DNA of 64,000 bases from Rhizomicrobium sp. (GCA_036267995.1 DATAUZ010000033.1:37431-101430); one strand, 5' to 3'; positions 28,418 through 38,607 are shown, numbered from the stretch's first letter. Made by a program: numbers and translations. The notes: generated from the sequence alone by a model not told the origin.

Positions 28418-29767
28418 ATGAGTCTCTATGGCGCACTCACAACCGGCGTAGCCGGTCTGAATGCCAACAGCACGGCGCTGAGCGTGGCGTCGGCCAACAT
28501 CGCGAACGTCAACACCGTCGGCTACAAGGCCGGCACCGCCAGCTTCTCCACCTTGCTCGCCTCCGCTATGGGCACGAGCGATGTGTCGAACGCCGGTGTT
28601 ACCGCCACAGCCGGACAGAACGTGACGCAGCAGGGCCTGCCGACCTCGACGTCATCGTCTACCGACATGGCAATCTCCGGCAACGGCATGTTCGTCGTCA
28701 CGCAGACGCCGACATCGCCGGGCGGCACCAGCTCGCTTTACTTCACGCGCGCCGGTTCGTTCGTGCCGGATTCAAACGGCAACCTGCAGAACGCGGCGGG
28801 TTATTACCTGATGGGCTGGCCGCTGGATTCCACCGGCAATGTGCCGACGGATCGCAACGATCTCACCGCCGTCAACATCAACCAGCTGTCCGGCAAGGCC
28901 GAAGCCACCACCACCATGAGCATTCAGGCCAACCTGCAGGCCAGCACGACGGCGGCGACCGGCTATACGGCCGGCGACATGTCGCTCGACCCCACCGATG
29001 CCAACTACGTGGCGCCGGCCTTCCAGCGCTCCACCAACGTCTATGACAGTCAGGGTGGCCAGCAGCCGCTTCAAATCTCGTATGTGAAGACCGGCGCAAA
29101 CGCCTGGTCATACGAAGTCAGCTATCAGGGCGATGACACAAACCTCTCCAGCGCCAATCCCATTGCCACGGGCAATCTCAGCTTCAACTCCGATGGCGCG
29201 CTGGTCGGCGTGACCGACACCACGACCGGCGGCACAACGCCGTCGGGTAGTGGCACGGTCGATGTCAATATCCCGTGGGATTCCACGACGTCCGGTTTGC
29301 AGCCGCAATCGATCGCGCTGAACTTCGGCACGCTCGGCGCCTCCGACGGCATCACCCAGTTCGACACCGACTCCACACAGACGTCTTCGAAAGTCGATGG
29401 CGCATTGTTCGGCAGCTTGTCGAGCGTCAGCGTCGATGCCAACGGTTATGTCACGGCCAACTTCTCCAACGGCCTGACACAGAAAATCTACAAGGTGCCG
29501 CTGGCAACCTTCGCCAACGAAGACGGCTTGAGCCAGGTTTCGGGCAACGCCTATCAGGTTTCCAACGCATCGGGCACGCCGACCATCGGCGAAGCCAACA
29601 CCGGCGGCGCCGGCAGCGTGGATTCCAAGGCGCTCGAAGGTTCCACCGTCGATCTGGCGACGGAATTCACCAACCTGATCACGACGCAGCGCGCTTATTC
29701 CGCTTCGGCGCGCATCATCACAACCGCATCGGATATGCTCGATCAGCTCTTGCAGATGTCGCATTAA
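28418..29767 (+). CDS. flgE: flagellar hook protein FlgE
   Basis: N-terminus ANIANVNTVGYK; C-terminus LITTQRAYSASARIITTASDMLDQLLQM. Confidence 0.9.
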   Translation: MSLYGALTTGVAGLNANSTALSVASANIANVNTVGYKAGTASFSTLLASAMGTSDVSNAGVTATAGQNVTQQGLPTSTSSSTDMAISGNGMFVVTQTPTSPGGTSSLYFTRAGSFVPDSNGNLQNAAGYYLMGWPLDSTGNVPTDRNDLTAVNINQLSGKAEATTTMSIQANLQASTTAATGYTAGDMSLDPTDANYVAPAFQRSTNVYDSQGGQQPLQISYVKTGANAWSYEVSYQGDDTNLSSANPIATGNLSFNSDGALVGVTDTTTGGTTPSGSGTVDVNIPWDSTTSGLQPQSIALNFGTLGASDGITQFDTDSTQTSSKVDGALFGSLSSVSVDANGYVTANFSNGLTQKIYKVPLATFANEDGLSQVSGNAYQVSNASGTPTIGEANTGGAGSVDSKALEGSTVDLATEFTNLITTQRAYSASARIITTASDMLDQLLQMSH

Positions 29768-29773
29768 CGGATA

Positions 29774-29810
29774 AGCGCGGCGGTGTGGTCCAAACGCATC
29801 GCCGCGCTTT
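29774..29810 (+). terminator. hairpin after flgE
   Basis: 9-bp stem AGCGCGGCG/CGCCGCGCT with a 17-nt loop, followed by TTTCC (weak U-tract). Confidence 0.4.
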
Positions 29811-29925
29811 CCACATTCGGGACAAGTGGAACTGTGAAATTACGACTCCATTTACCGTGGTTGTTCGCCGTTTCTTTAAGCGCGCCGGATTACCTTTGCG
29901 CAAGAGTAATGGAGCGTGGAGCACG

Positions 29926-30207
29926 ATGAGCATGGCGGAAGATCGAAGGGGACGCGTTAGTTACGTCATCGGCCCGGACGGCAGCCCGCTCACGCTTGCG
30001 GATCTGCCGCCGCCGGGAACCAAGCGCTGGGTGATCCGGCGCAAGGCGGAAGTTGTTGCAGCCGTGCGCGGCGGATTGCTGAGCCTGGACGATGCGTGCA
30101 AGCGCTATACGCTTACGGTGGAAGAATTCCTTGCTTGGCAGCGCGCCATCGAGCGCTTTGGCCTGGCAGGACTGCGCGCCACGCGCGTGCAGCAGTACCG
30201 GAACTGA
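29926..30207 (+). CDS. sciP: DUF1153 protein, CtrA inhibitor SciP homologue
   Basis: YVIGPDGSPLTLADLPPPGTKRWVIRRKAEVVAAVRGGLLSLDDACKRYTLTVEEFLAWQRA closely matches my memory of Caulobacter SciP. Position between flgE and fliF matches Caulobacter. Only the last 93 aa of the 310-aa track ORF are used. Confidence 0.8.
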   Translation: MSMAEDRRGRVSYVIGPDGSPLTLADLPPPGTKRWVIRRKAEVVAAVRGGLLSLDDACKRYTLTVEEFLAWQRAIERFGLAGLRATRVQQYRN

Positions 30208-30267
30208 AATCGGAAAGTATTTGTTTACTTTTGAAATCCGATTTCTGCCTGCGGATTCACGCGGCCA

Positions 30268-30283
30268 TTAAGGCCGCCTTTAC
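30268..30283 (+). promoter_or_regulatory. CtrA-box-like motif upstream of fliF
   Basis: TTAA-GGCCGCC-TTTAC, one mismatch to TTAA-N7-TTAAC; GATTC (GANTC) site at 30254-30258. Confidence 0.35.
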
Positions 30284-30291
30284 CTAAACAC

Positions 30292-30305
30292 CGGCAATGT
30301 TTGCC
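30292..30305. promoter_or_regulatory. GGCA-N5-TGCC palindrome at the predicted fliF promoter/TSS (ftr4-like repressor-site candidate)
   Basis: CGGCA-ATGTT-TGCC, the same core as the two sites in the flgK/fliK intergenic region. Confidence 0.35.
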
Positions 30306-30357
30306 TACCAGGGGCGGGGCGCGAAGTTTCGCGTGCTCCCGAAGCGGAGGGCATGCG

Positions 30358-32001
30358 TTGCCAAGCATTATTAAAGCGATAGGCGCTGCGCGCTTTGGCG
30401 TCATGGCCGGCATTGCCGCCGCGCTGACCGCGTTCTTCCTTTATGTCGCCGGCGTGATCTCCGAACCGCCCAAGACCATTCTCTATGCCGGGCTGGACCC
30501 GCGCGATGCCGCTTCCGTCACCGCCAAGCTCGACGCCATGCAGGTGCCTTATGACGCCAAGGGCGACGGCGGCACCATCCTGGTGCCCGCCGATCAGGTG
30601 ACCAAGCTGCGCATGTCGCTGGCGGCGCAGAACCTGCCGGCCGCCGGTGTGGGTTACGAAATCTTCGACAAGTCCGATGCCTTCGGCACCACCGCCTTCG
30701 TCCAGAACATCAATTCGCTACGCGCGCTGGAAGGCGAACTCGCCCGCTCCATCCAGACCATCGACGGCATCGACGCCGCGCGCGTGCATCTTGTTGTGCC
30801 GGAGCGTCAGATTTTCAGCCACGACCAGCAAACCCCCAGCGCCTCCATTGTCTTGCGCACCAACGGTTCGCTGGATCACGGTCAGGTGCAGGCTATCCAG
30901 CATCTCGTTGCCGCCGCCGTTACCGGCCTCAATCCCGAACGCGTCGCCATCGTGGACGACAAGGGCACCCTGCTGGCCGGCGGCGATGAAAAGACGGGGT
31001 CCGCCGCCACCACCGCCGATCAGGAACAGCACACCACCGACGTGGAAGACCGCATGCGCCAGCGCATCGAATCCATCGTCGCCAGCATTGTCGGCGCGGG
31101 CCATGTCCGCGTGCAGGTGGCCGCGGACCTGAACTACAACCAGAGCAGCGAGACGTCGGAGATCTTCGATCCCGACAGCAAAGTCGTGCGCTCGCTGCAA
31201 ACCGTTGAGCAGAACGCCAACGAAGTGAATGGCAGCACTAACACCAACGCCGTGTCGGTTGCCAATGCGGTGCCGAATGCGCAAGCGCCCGCGGCGCCGG
31301 CGGCAGACGGTGGCCGCAAATCCGACAGCGGCCGCACCGAAGAAACCACCAACTACGAAATCAACAAAACGGTGCGCACCAGCACAGTTGCGGGCGGCGA
31401 CATCAAGCGCATTTCGGTGGCCGTCGCCGTGGATGGAACGAGCGTGACCGACGCCAACGGCAAGACCACCTATACGCCGCGCAGCAAGCAGGAACTGGCG
31501 CAGATCGAAAGCCTTGTGCGTTCGGCTATCGGCTTCGACAAGAAACGCGGCGACCAGGTGGAAGTCGTGAACATGCCCTTCGCGCGGCTCGATGCCGGCC
31601 CGATCACGCCCGCGCCGGAACCTTTCCTCGGTCTCGACGGCGCCTATTGGTTCAAGATCATCGAGGCGGCGCTGCTTTGCATCACCGCATTGCTGATCGG
31701 CTTCTTCGTAGCGCGTCCGCTGATCGCGCGCATGTTCGCGCCGCTTTCGATGAACGCCGGTGCGCTTCCCGCGCCTGTCATGGGCCAGTTGCCCGCGCCG
31801 TCGCATGCGAGCCAGCCGCAGCAACAGGCATCCGGCGAAGCCACGGCGCTTTTGGCCGCGCCGAAGGAAAGCATGATCGATATCCAGCGCATCGAAGGTC
31901 AGGTGCGCGAATCTTCCGTCCGCAAGGTCGGCGAAGTTGTGCAGTCGCATCCCGAAGAGGCGCTCGCAATTCTCCGCACCTGGCTCCATCAACCGGTGTA
32001 A
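30358..32001 (+). CDS. fliF: flagellar M-ring protein FliF
   Basis: Two-TM MS-ring architecture with conserved periplasmic core. TTG 30358 is preceded by GGAGGG; track start TTG 30301 is less likely because it overlaps the predicted promoter. Confidence 0.9.
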   Translation: MPSIIKAIGAARFGVMAGIAAALTAFFLYVAGVISEPPKTILYAGLDPRDAASVTAKLDAMQVPYDAKGDGGTILVPADQVTKLRMSLAAQNLPAAGVGYEIFDKSDAFGTTAFVQNINSLRALEGELARSIQTIDGIDAARVHLVVPERQIFSHDQQTPSASIVLRTNGSLDHGQVQAIQHLVAAAVTGLNPERVAIVDDKGTLLAGGDEKTGSAATTADQEQHTTDVEDRMRQRIESIVASIVGAGHVRVQVAADLNYNQSSETSEIFDPDSKVVRSLQTVEQNANEVNGSTNTNAVSVANAVPNAQAPAAPAADGGRKSDSGRTEETTNYEINKTVRTSTVAGGDIKRISVAVAVDGTSVTDANGKTTYTPRSKQELAQIESLVRSAIGFDKKRGDQVEVVNMPFARLDAGPITPAPEPFLGLDGAYWFKIIEAALLCITALLIGFFVARPLIARMFAPLSMNAGALPAPVMGQLPAPSHASQPQQQASGEATALLAAPKESMIDIQRIEGQVRESSVRKVGEVVQSHPEEALAILRTWLHQPV

Positions 32002-32004
32002 TTC

Positions 32005-33039
32005 ATGTCACGCGCAGTCAAACCGCAGGCCAAAGAAGACATCCGCCAGCTCACGGGCCCGGAACGCTCCGCCGTTCTGATGCTGGCGCTAGGCGAAGAG
32101 CACGGCAAGCAGGTCTGGACCCTCCTGGACGACGATGAGGTCAAGGAAATCTCGCAGGCGATGTCGGCGCTGGGCACCGTCAATTCCAGCGTCGTGGAAA
32201 AGCTGCTGGTGGATTTCGTCTCGCAAATGTCGGCCACCGGTTCGCTGATGGGTTCGTATGAATCCACCGAGCGGCTGATCTCCAGCTTCATGCCGCACGA
32301 CCGCGTTGCCCAGATCATGGAAGAAATCCGTGGCCCCGCCGGCCGCACCATGTGGGACAAGCTTGCCAACGTGAACGAGTCGGTTCTGGCCAACTACCTG
32401 AAGAACGAATACCCGCAGACCGTTGCGGTGGTGCTGTCCAAGATCAAGCCGGAACATGCCGCCCGCGTGCTGGGCGCGCTGCCGGAAGAATTCGCGCTGG
32501 AAGTGGTGCAGCGCATGTTGCGCATGGAAAGCGTGCAGAAGGACATTCTCGACAAGGTGGAAAAAACCTTGCGCGTGGAATTCATGTCCAACCTTGCCCG
32601 CACCTCCAAGCGCGATGCGCATGAGATGATCGCGGAAATCTTCAACAATTTCGACCGCCAGACCGAAGGCCGCTTCATGACAGCGCTGGAAGAACGCGCC
32701 CGTGATGCCGCCGAACGCATCAAGGCGCTGATGTTCACCTTCGAGGATCTTTCCAAGCTCGATCCCGGCTCTATCCAGACGCTTCTGCGCAACGTGGAAA
32801 AAGACAAACTCGGCATCGCACTCAAAGGCGCCACCGATTCCCTGCGCGATACTTTCTTCTCCAACATGAGCGAGCGCGCCGGCAAAATCCTGCGCGAAGA
32901 CATGGAAGCGATGGGCCCGGTGCGCCTGAAAGACGTGGATGAAGCGCAGATGCGCATGGTCAACGTCGCCAAGGATCTCGCCAACAAGGGTGAAATCATG
33001 ATCGCCAACAAGCAGGGCGAAGACGAGTTGGTCTACTGA
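32005..33039 (+). CDS. fliG: flagellar motor switch protein FliG
   Basis: MFTFEDL motif; conserved charged C-terminal torque helix region. Confidence 0.95.
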   Translation: MSRAVKPQAKEDIRQLTGPERSAVLMLALGEEHGKQVWTLLDDDEVKEISQAMSALGTVNSSVVEKLLVDFVSQMSATGSLMGSYESTERLISSFMPHDRVAQIMEEIRGPAGRTMWDKLANVNESVLANYLKNEYPQTVAVVLSKIKPEHAARVLGALPEEFALEVVQRMLRMESVQKDILDKVEKTLRVEFMSNLARTSKRDAHEMIAEIFNNFDRQTEGRFMTALEERARDAAERIKALMFTFEDLSKLDPGSIQTLLRNVEKDKLGIALKGATDSLRDTFFSNMSERAGKILREDMEAMGPVRLKDVDEAQMRMVNVAKDLANKGEIMIANKQGEDELVY

Positions 33040-33686
33040 TGAACGCCAAGAAATTCACATTCGACGTGGAGTTTCGCCCTGATGGCGATCTCATTTCCAA
33101 TGCGGCCCGCGCGCGCCAGCGCAAGAGCTACACCCAGGAAGAGATCGACATCATGTGCGCGAAATACCGTGCCGAAGGCGCCAAGGCCGGTCAGGTCCGC
33201 GCCGCCGATGCGGTCGCCACCGGCGCCGAACAGGCCGCACAAGCCATCCGCGAAGCGCTTGCCAGCGCGCACGATCTGATCGATGCGGTGCGCGGCGAAG
33301 CCGCCGATCTCGCCTTCGCGCTCGCCAAGAAGATGGCGCGCGCAGCCCTTGCCGCCCTGCCCGCACAGGAAGTTGAACTCGCGTTGCGCGAAGCCCTGCA
33401 TCAGGCCATCGGCGAGCCGCGCATCGTTCTGCGCGCCGCGCCAAAAGTCGCTGAAGCGCTTGAACCGCGCGCCGCCGAAATCGCGCACGAAGAAGGCTTT
33501 GAAGGCCGCGTTCAGGTGACAGCCGATGCGTCGCTCACCAATGCCGATTGCCGCATCGAATGGCGCGGCGGCGGTGCGGAACGCAGCGAAGCGGCCATCG
33601 AAACAGCTTTGGAAAAACTCATTACACGGCGTTTTGCCGCTCAAGGCCAACGCCCCCTGACGGAGGATATCGCCAATGGCGGGTAA
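33039..33686 (+). CDS. fliH: flagellar assembly protein FliH (FlbE-position gene)
   Basis: Position between fliG and fliN; coiled-coil Ala/Glu-rich centre; 1-nt TGATG overlap with fliG. Confidence 0.7.
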   Translation: MNAKKFTFDVEFRPDGDLISNAARARQRKSYTQEEIDIMCAKYRAEGAKAGQVRAADAVATGAEQAAQAIREALASAHDLIDAVRGEAADLAFALAKKMARAALAALPAQEVELALREALHQAIGEPRIVLRAAPKVAEALEPRAAEIAHEEGFEGRVQVTADASLTNADCRIEWRGGGAERSEAAIETALEKLITRRFAAQGQRPLTEDIANGG

Positions 33687-34035
33687 CGACGAAGTCGATC
33701 TGCCGGATCTCAGCCACGATGCGCCCGCAGGCCCCGGCCCTGCGCTGCTCGAAGGCGACGACTCCGCGGATATGGATCAAAAGCGCACGGCGTCCGATCT
33801 GGAGGCGGTATTCGACGTTCCGGTCACGGTCTCGGCCGTGCTGGGCAAATCCGCGATGGAAGTGAGCGATCTGCTGAAGCTCGGCAAAGGCACGATCGTG
33901 GAGTTGGACCGAAAGGTCGGCGAAGCCATCGACATCTATGTGAACAACCGGCTCGTCGCCCGCGGCGAAGTGGTGCTGGTCGAGGATCGCCTCGGCGTCA
34001 CCATGACGGAAATCATCAAAGCCGGCCAGTCCTAA
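33676..34035 (+). CDS. fliN: flagellar motor switch protein FliN
   Basis: SpoA domain LGKGTIVELDRKVGEAIDIYVNNRLVARGEVVLVEDRLGVTMTEI. Confidence 0.9.
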   Translation: MAGNDEVDLPDLSHDAPAGPGPALLEGDDSADMDQKRTASDLEAVFDVPVTVSAVLGKSAMEVSDLLKLGKGTIVELDRKVGEAIDIYVNNRLVARGEVVLVEDRLGVTMTEIIKAGQS

Positions 34036-34049
34036 AAGGAAAAAGTGTC

Positions 34050-35423
34050 ATGCGGTTACTGATAGTCGGTTCGCTTCAAGGCCAGATCGGCGCGGCCACA
34101 AAGATCGCGATGGATCGCGGCGCCAAGGTCACGCACGCCACCGATATCGACCAGGCGATGGCCGAGTTGCGCGGCGGCAAAGGCGCGGACCTTGTGTTCT
34201 GCGACGTCACGTTTGACATCGGCCGCCTTGTGCGCGGCATGGCCAGCGAACGCATCTGCACGCCGGTCGTGGCTTGCGGCATCGGCACCGACACGCGCGC
34301 GGCGGTGGATGCCATCCGCGCCGGCGCCAAAGAATATCTCCCCCTGCCCCCCGATCCGGAATTGATCGCGGCGGTGCTGGCGGCGGTGGCCGACGAAAGC
34401 CATCAGCTCATTTATGAAGACGATGCGATGGCCGCCGTTATCGCGCTGGCCGATCAGGTGGCGGGCAGCGACGCTTCCATCCTCATCACCGGCGAATCCG
34501 GCACGGGTAAGGAAGTGCTGGCGCGTTACGTTCACCGCAAGTCTTCGCGCGCCGACCGGCCGTTCATTTCGGTGAACTGCGCCGCCATTCCGGAAAACCT
34601 GCTGGAATCCGAATTGTTCGGCCATGAGAAAGGCTCCTTCACCGGCGCCATTGCGCGGCGTATCGGCAAGTTCGAGGAAGCCAACGGCGGCACGCTGCTG
34701 CTGGACGAAATCAGCGAAATGGATGTGCGCCTGCAAGCCAAACTGCTCCGCGCCATTCAGGAACGCGAGATCGATCGCGTCGGCGGCACCAAGCCGGTGA
34801 AAGTCGATATCCGCATCGTCGCCACTTCCAACCGCGATCTCGCGGATGCCGCCAAGCGCGGCACCTTCCGCGAAGACCTTCTCTACCGCTTGAACGTCGT
34901 GAACCTGCGCCTGCCGGCCTTGCGCGAACGCCCGAAGGATATTCTGGCGCTGGCGCGGCACTTCGCCCACAAATATGCCGAAGCCAACGGCGCGCCTTAC
35001 CGGCCCATCGCTTCCACCACCGAGCGTTTGCTGATCGCGCATGCCTGGCGCGGCAACGTGCGCGAACTGGAAAACACCATCCATCGTTCGGTGCTGCTGG
35101 CCAGTGGTGCAGAGATTTCGCCCGAAGCCATCCGCCTGCCCGATGGTTCACAGGTCGGCAACACGGTTTATGCCGATGTTCCCGGCAGTGTGAAGGTTGC
35201 CGTGGACGCTGCCACCGCTGTCACCCGTGGCCTCGTCGGCCGCACGGTGTCCGATGTCGAACGCGACCTTATTCTGGACACGCTCGATCATTGCTTGGGC
35301 AACCGCACGCATGCGGCGAACATCCTGGGCATCTCGATCCGCACACTGCGCAACAAGCTGCGCGAATATTCGCAATCCGGTCTCGCCATTCCGTTGCACG
35401 GCGAATCCCGGATGGCGGGCTAA
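34050..35423 (+). CDS. flbD: sigma-54-dependent flagellar transcriptional regulator FlbD
   Basis: N-terminus MRLLIVGSLQGQIGAATKIAMDRGAKV matches my recollection of Caulobacter FlbD. AAA+ GESGTGKE, GSFTGA (GAFTGA variant), ESELFGHEKG; C-terminal Fis-type HTH AANILGISIRTLRNKLREY. Confidence 0.9.
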   Translation: MRLLIVGSLQGQIGAATKIAMDRGAKVTHATDIDQAMAELRGGKGADLVFCDVTFDIGRLVRGMASERICTPVVACGIGTDTRAAVDAIRAGAKEYLPLPPDPELIAAVLAAVADESHQLIYEDDAMAAVIALADQVAGSDASILITGESGTGKEVLARYVHRKSSRADRPFISVNCAAIPENLLESELFGHEKGSFTGAIARRIGKFEEANGGTLLLDEISEMDVRLQAKLLRAIQEREIDRVGGTKPVKVDIRIVATSNRDLADAAKRGTFREDLLYRLNVVNLRLPALRERPKDILALARHFAHKYAEANGAPYRPIASTTERLLIAHAWRGNVRELENTIHRSVLLASGAEISPEAIRLPDGSQVGNTVYADVPGSVKVAVDAATAVTRGLVGRTVSDVERDLILDTLDHCLGNRTHAANILGISIRTLRNKLREYSQSGLAIPLHGESRMAG

Positions 35424-35439
35424 GAGCAGCTAACGCACC

Positions 35440-37557
35440 ATGAGCGACACAACCAGCGCATTGCCGGGCGACGTTCCAGCCTTCGGCTTCAACGTTGCAA
35501 CGCTTCAGGGTTACCTGAAGCGCAGCGATCTTGCGCTCGCCATCGGCATCATGGCGATTTTGGTGGTGCTGCTGTTGCCGCTGCCGCCGTGGTTGCTCGA
35601 TATCTGCCTCGCCTTCTCGCTGTCGTTCTCGATCTTGATCCTGATGACGGCGGTGTTCATCCGCAAACCGCTGGAATTTTCATCCTTCCCCGCCATCCTG
35701 CTCATCACAACCATGATGCGGCTGGCGCTGAACCTTGCGTCCACGCGCCTTATCCTGGGTCACGGCAACGAAGGCACTGCGGCCTCCGGTTACGTCATTC
35801 AGGCATTCGGCAAGCTGATCATGCAAGGCAACTTCGTGATCGGCCTGATCGTGTTCGCCATTCTGGTGATCGTGAACTTCGTGGTCATCACCAAGGGTTC
35901 GGGCCGTATCGCCGAAGTGGCGGCGCGTTTCAGCTTGGACGCCATGCCCGGCAAACAGATGGCGATCGACGCCGATCTTTCCGCCGGGCTGATTGACGAG
36001 AAAGACGCACGCGAACGCCGCAAGACGCTGGAATCGGAATCCAACTTCTTTGGCGCCATGGACGGCGCTTCCAAATTCGTTCGCGGCGACGCCATTGCCG
36101 GCCTTCTCATCGTGGCCATCAACGTGGTCGGCGGCATCATCATCGCGGTGGCGCAAAAAGGCATGAGCTTCGCCGACGCCTCGCAAACCTTCACCCTGCT
36201 CACGGTCGGCGACGGTCTTGTCAGCCAGATGCCAGCGCTGATTGTGTCCACCGCCGCCGGTCTTATGGTGTCGAAAGCCGGCGTCGAAGGCGCCACCGAC
36301 AAAGCCTTTATTGGCCAGCTTTCATTCTATCCGCAGGCACTGGGCATGGTTGCCGCCGTCATGGGCGTGCTGGCGGTTCTGCCGGGCATGCCGACATTTG
36401 TTTTCGCGCTGCTCGCCGCCGGTTGCGGCAGCCTCGCCTTCTTCGCCTGGAAGCGCAAAGACGCCGCTGCCGCCAAGGAAGTCGCGCAGGAAGAAAAAGC
36501 GCGCGAGGACGCCGCGCCGAAAGAAGAACCTATCGCCACCGCGCTGGCGCTGGATCTTCTGCGCATCGAACTGGGTTACGGCCTGCTGCCGCTGATCAAC
36601 GATGTGAAGGGCCATCGCATCACCGATCAGATCAAGGCGCTGCGCCGTCAGCTTGCGCAGGAAATGGGTTTTGTGATGCCGCAGGTGCGCATCCTCGACA
36701 ATATGCAGCTCGGCGCCAACGATTACTCCATCCGCGTCAAAGAAGTGGAAGCAGGGCACGGCCAGATTTTCCCCGGCCAGTTTCTTGTCATGGATCCGCA
36801 AGGCCGCCCCATCACCCTGCCCGGCACACACACCACCGAACCCGCGTTCGGCCTGCCGGCGACATGGGTCAATCAAAGCCTGCGCGACGAAGCCTCGTTC
36901 CGCGGCCTCACCGTTGTCGATCCCGGCACGGTGCTGACCACGCACCTGACCGAAGTTCTGAAATCGCAAATGGCGGAGCTTCTGTCTTACGCCGAAACCA
37001 AAAAGCTGCTCGACGATCTTCCCGCCGAACACAAGAAGCTGGTGGACGAACTCATCCCCTCGCAGATCGCCGTCACCGGCGTGCAGCGCGTGCTGCAATC
37101 GCTGCTGGCCGAGCGTGTGTCCATCCGCGACCTGCCGTCTATTCTGGAAGGCATCGCCGAAGCCGTCGGTCACACCAAGAACGCGCTTTATATTACCGAG
37201 CATGTGCGCGCGCGGCTGGCACGCCAGATCTGCAACCAGAATCTGGCGCCGGGCGGTTATCTTCCGCTCATCGCCATGTCGCCGGCCTGGGAACAGGCGT
37301 TTGCGGAAGCCATCGTCGGCCAGGGCGAAGAACGCCAGCTTGCGATGGCGCCATCGCAGCTTCAGCAATTTATCCAGATCGTGCGCGACCGCTTCGACGA
37401 AGCGGGCCAGAAAGGCGATGTGCCGGTGCTGCTCACCAGCCCGCAAATCCGCCCCTTCGTGCGCTCCATCGTGGAGCGTTTCCGCTCGCAAACCGTGGTC
37501 ATGTCGCAGAACGAAATCCACGCCAGCGTGCGTTTGAGAACGCTGGGACAAGTCTGA
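35440..37557 (+). CDS. flhA: flagellar type III export protein FlhA
   Basis: Conserved TM domain with FVRGDAIAGL loop; large cytoplasmic C-domain. Confidence 0.95.
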   Translation: MSDTTSALPGDVPAFGFNVATLQGYLKRSDLALAIGIMAILVVLLLPLPPWLLDICLAFSLSFSILILMTAVFIRKPLEFSSFPAILLITTMMRLALNLASTRLILGHGNEGTAASGYVIQAFGKLIMQGNFVIGLIVFAILVIVNFVVITKGSGRIAEVAARFSLDAMPGKQMAIDADLSAGLIDEKDARERRKTLESESNFFGAMDGASKFVRGDAIAGLLIVAINVVGGIIIAVAQKGMSFADASQTFTLLTVGDGLVSQMPALIVSTAAGLMVSKAGVEGATDKAFIGQLSFYPQALGMVAAVMGVLAVLPGMPTFVFALLAAGCGSLAFFAWKRKDAAAAKEVAQEEKAREDAAPKEEPIATALALDLLRIELGYGLLPLINDVKGHRITDQIKALRRQLAQEMGFVMPQVRILDNMQLGANDYSIRVKEVEAGHGQIFPGQFLVMDPQGRPITLPGTHTTEPAFGLPATWVNQSLRDEASFRGLTVVDPGTVLTTHLTEVLKSQMAELLSYAETKKLLDDLPAEHKKLVDELIPSQIAVTGVQRVLQSLLAERVSIRDLPSILEGIAEAVGHTKNALYITEHVRARLARQICNQNLAPGGYLPLIAMSPAWEQAFAEAIVGQGEERQLAMAPSQLQQFIQIVRDRFDEAGQKGDVPVLLTSPQIRPFVRSIVERFRSQTVVMSQNEIHASVRLRTLGQV

Positions 37558-37560
37558 CCC

Positions 37561-38607
37561 ATGCAACTGCGCACCTTCACAGCCCGCGACATGAAGGCCG
37601 CGCTTGCTCTTGTGCGCGCGGAGATGGGCGCCGAGGCGGTAATCGTGGCCAGCGAACGCGGCAGGAACGGCGTCATGGTGCGCGCAGCCGCTGACCAGCC
37701 GGATATCGAACCTGAACCGCCAAAGCCTATCGCGGCGCTTGAGCCCGCGGCGTTGCTGTCTTTTGAATCGCGCTGCCGCGAAGGCCTGATGCGCCGCGTG
37801 CGCGCGGAGCAACCCGCTGCAGCCGCCGAACCGCTTGGCTTCAACCGCGCCGAACTATTGACCATTCTGGGCCGTCATCGCCTCGCCGACGCGCTTTCAT
37901 ACGCGCTGGCCGAGGCTGCTGAAAAGACCGCGCTCACCGACATGACATTGGCGCTGGCGTCGGCGCTCGACAAGCGCATGGAAATCGCGCCGCTCGATCT
38001 GAACAAGACAACCGGTATTCTGCTGGCCGGCATGCCCGGTGCGGGCAAAAGCGCCGTCGCCGCAAAGATCGCCGCGCACGCCAAACTCTGCGGTCGCGAC
38101 GTGCGGCTGATCGCGGCCGATGCCACCGGTGCTGGCGCTATCGCGCGGCTGGAAAGTTTCGCGGGCCATATCGGCGCAAAATTCGCCGTCGCCGAAACCG
38201 CCGACGCGTGGCTGGAAGAATTCTCGAAAGCCGAACAGGAAAAAACCCTGGCGGTGATCGATACCGCCGGCATCGATCCGCGCAACGCCAAGGTGCGCAC
38301 CGCCTTCTCCGCGCTGGGCAAACTTTCCGGCGTTACCAAGCTGGGTGTCGTCTCTGCCATGGGCGATGCGGAAGAAACCGCCGATATCGCCGATGGTCTG
38401 CGCAAGCTTGGCGCGCACGGTCTGATTGTTTCCGGCGTCGATCTGGCACAGCGGCTTGGCGCGCTCGCGTCGGCCGCAACGCAAAACGTACCGTTGGCGC
38501 ACGTCACCCGTTCGCCGTTCGTGGCCGCCGGGCTCGAGACCATGACGCCGCTTTCGCTGGCGCGCGCGCTGATCGCGGCCGATGCCGACCGCAGGAGCGC
38601 ACAATGA
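37561..38607 (+). CDS. flhF: flagellar biosynthesis SRP-type GTPase FlhF (short form)
   Basis: N-terminal B-domain motif FTARDMKAALALVRAEMGAEAVIV; G1 GMPGAGKS; G3 DTAG; position after flhA. Confidence 0.75.
   Translation: MQLRTFTARDMKAALALVRAEMGAEAVIVASERGRNGVMVRAAADQPDIEPEPPKPIAALEPAALLSFESRCREGLMRRVRAEQPAAAAEPLGFNRAELLTILGRHRLADALSYALAEAAEKTALTDMTLALASALDKRMEIAPLDLNKTTGILLAGMPGAGKSAVAAKIAAHAKLCGRDVRLIAADATGAGAIARLESFAGHIGAKFAVAETADAWLEEFSKAEQEKTLAVIDTAGIDPRNAKVRTAFSALGKLSGVTKLGVVSAMGDAEETADIADGLRKLGAHGLIVSGVDLAQRLGALASAATQNVPLAHVTRSPFVAAGLETMTPLSLARALIAADADRRSAQ

Noticed and set aside
29275-29925. Upstream 217 codons of the 310-aa ORF containing sciP
   Set aside because: This stretch overlaps the 3' end of flgE in another frame and has an Arg/His-rich composition. 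The SciP/DUF1153 homology begins at ATG 29926.
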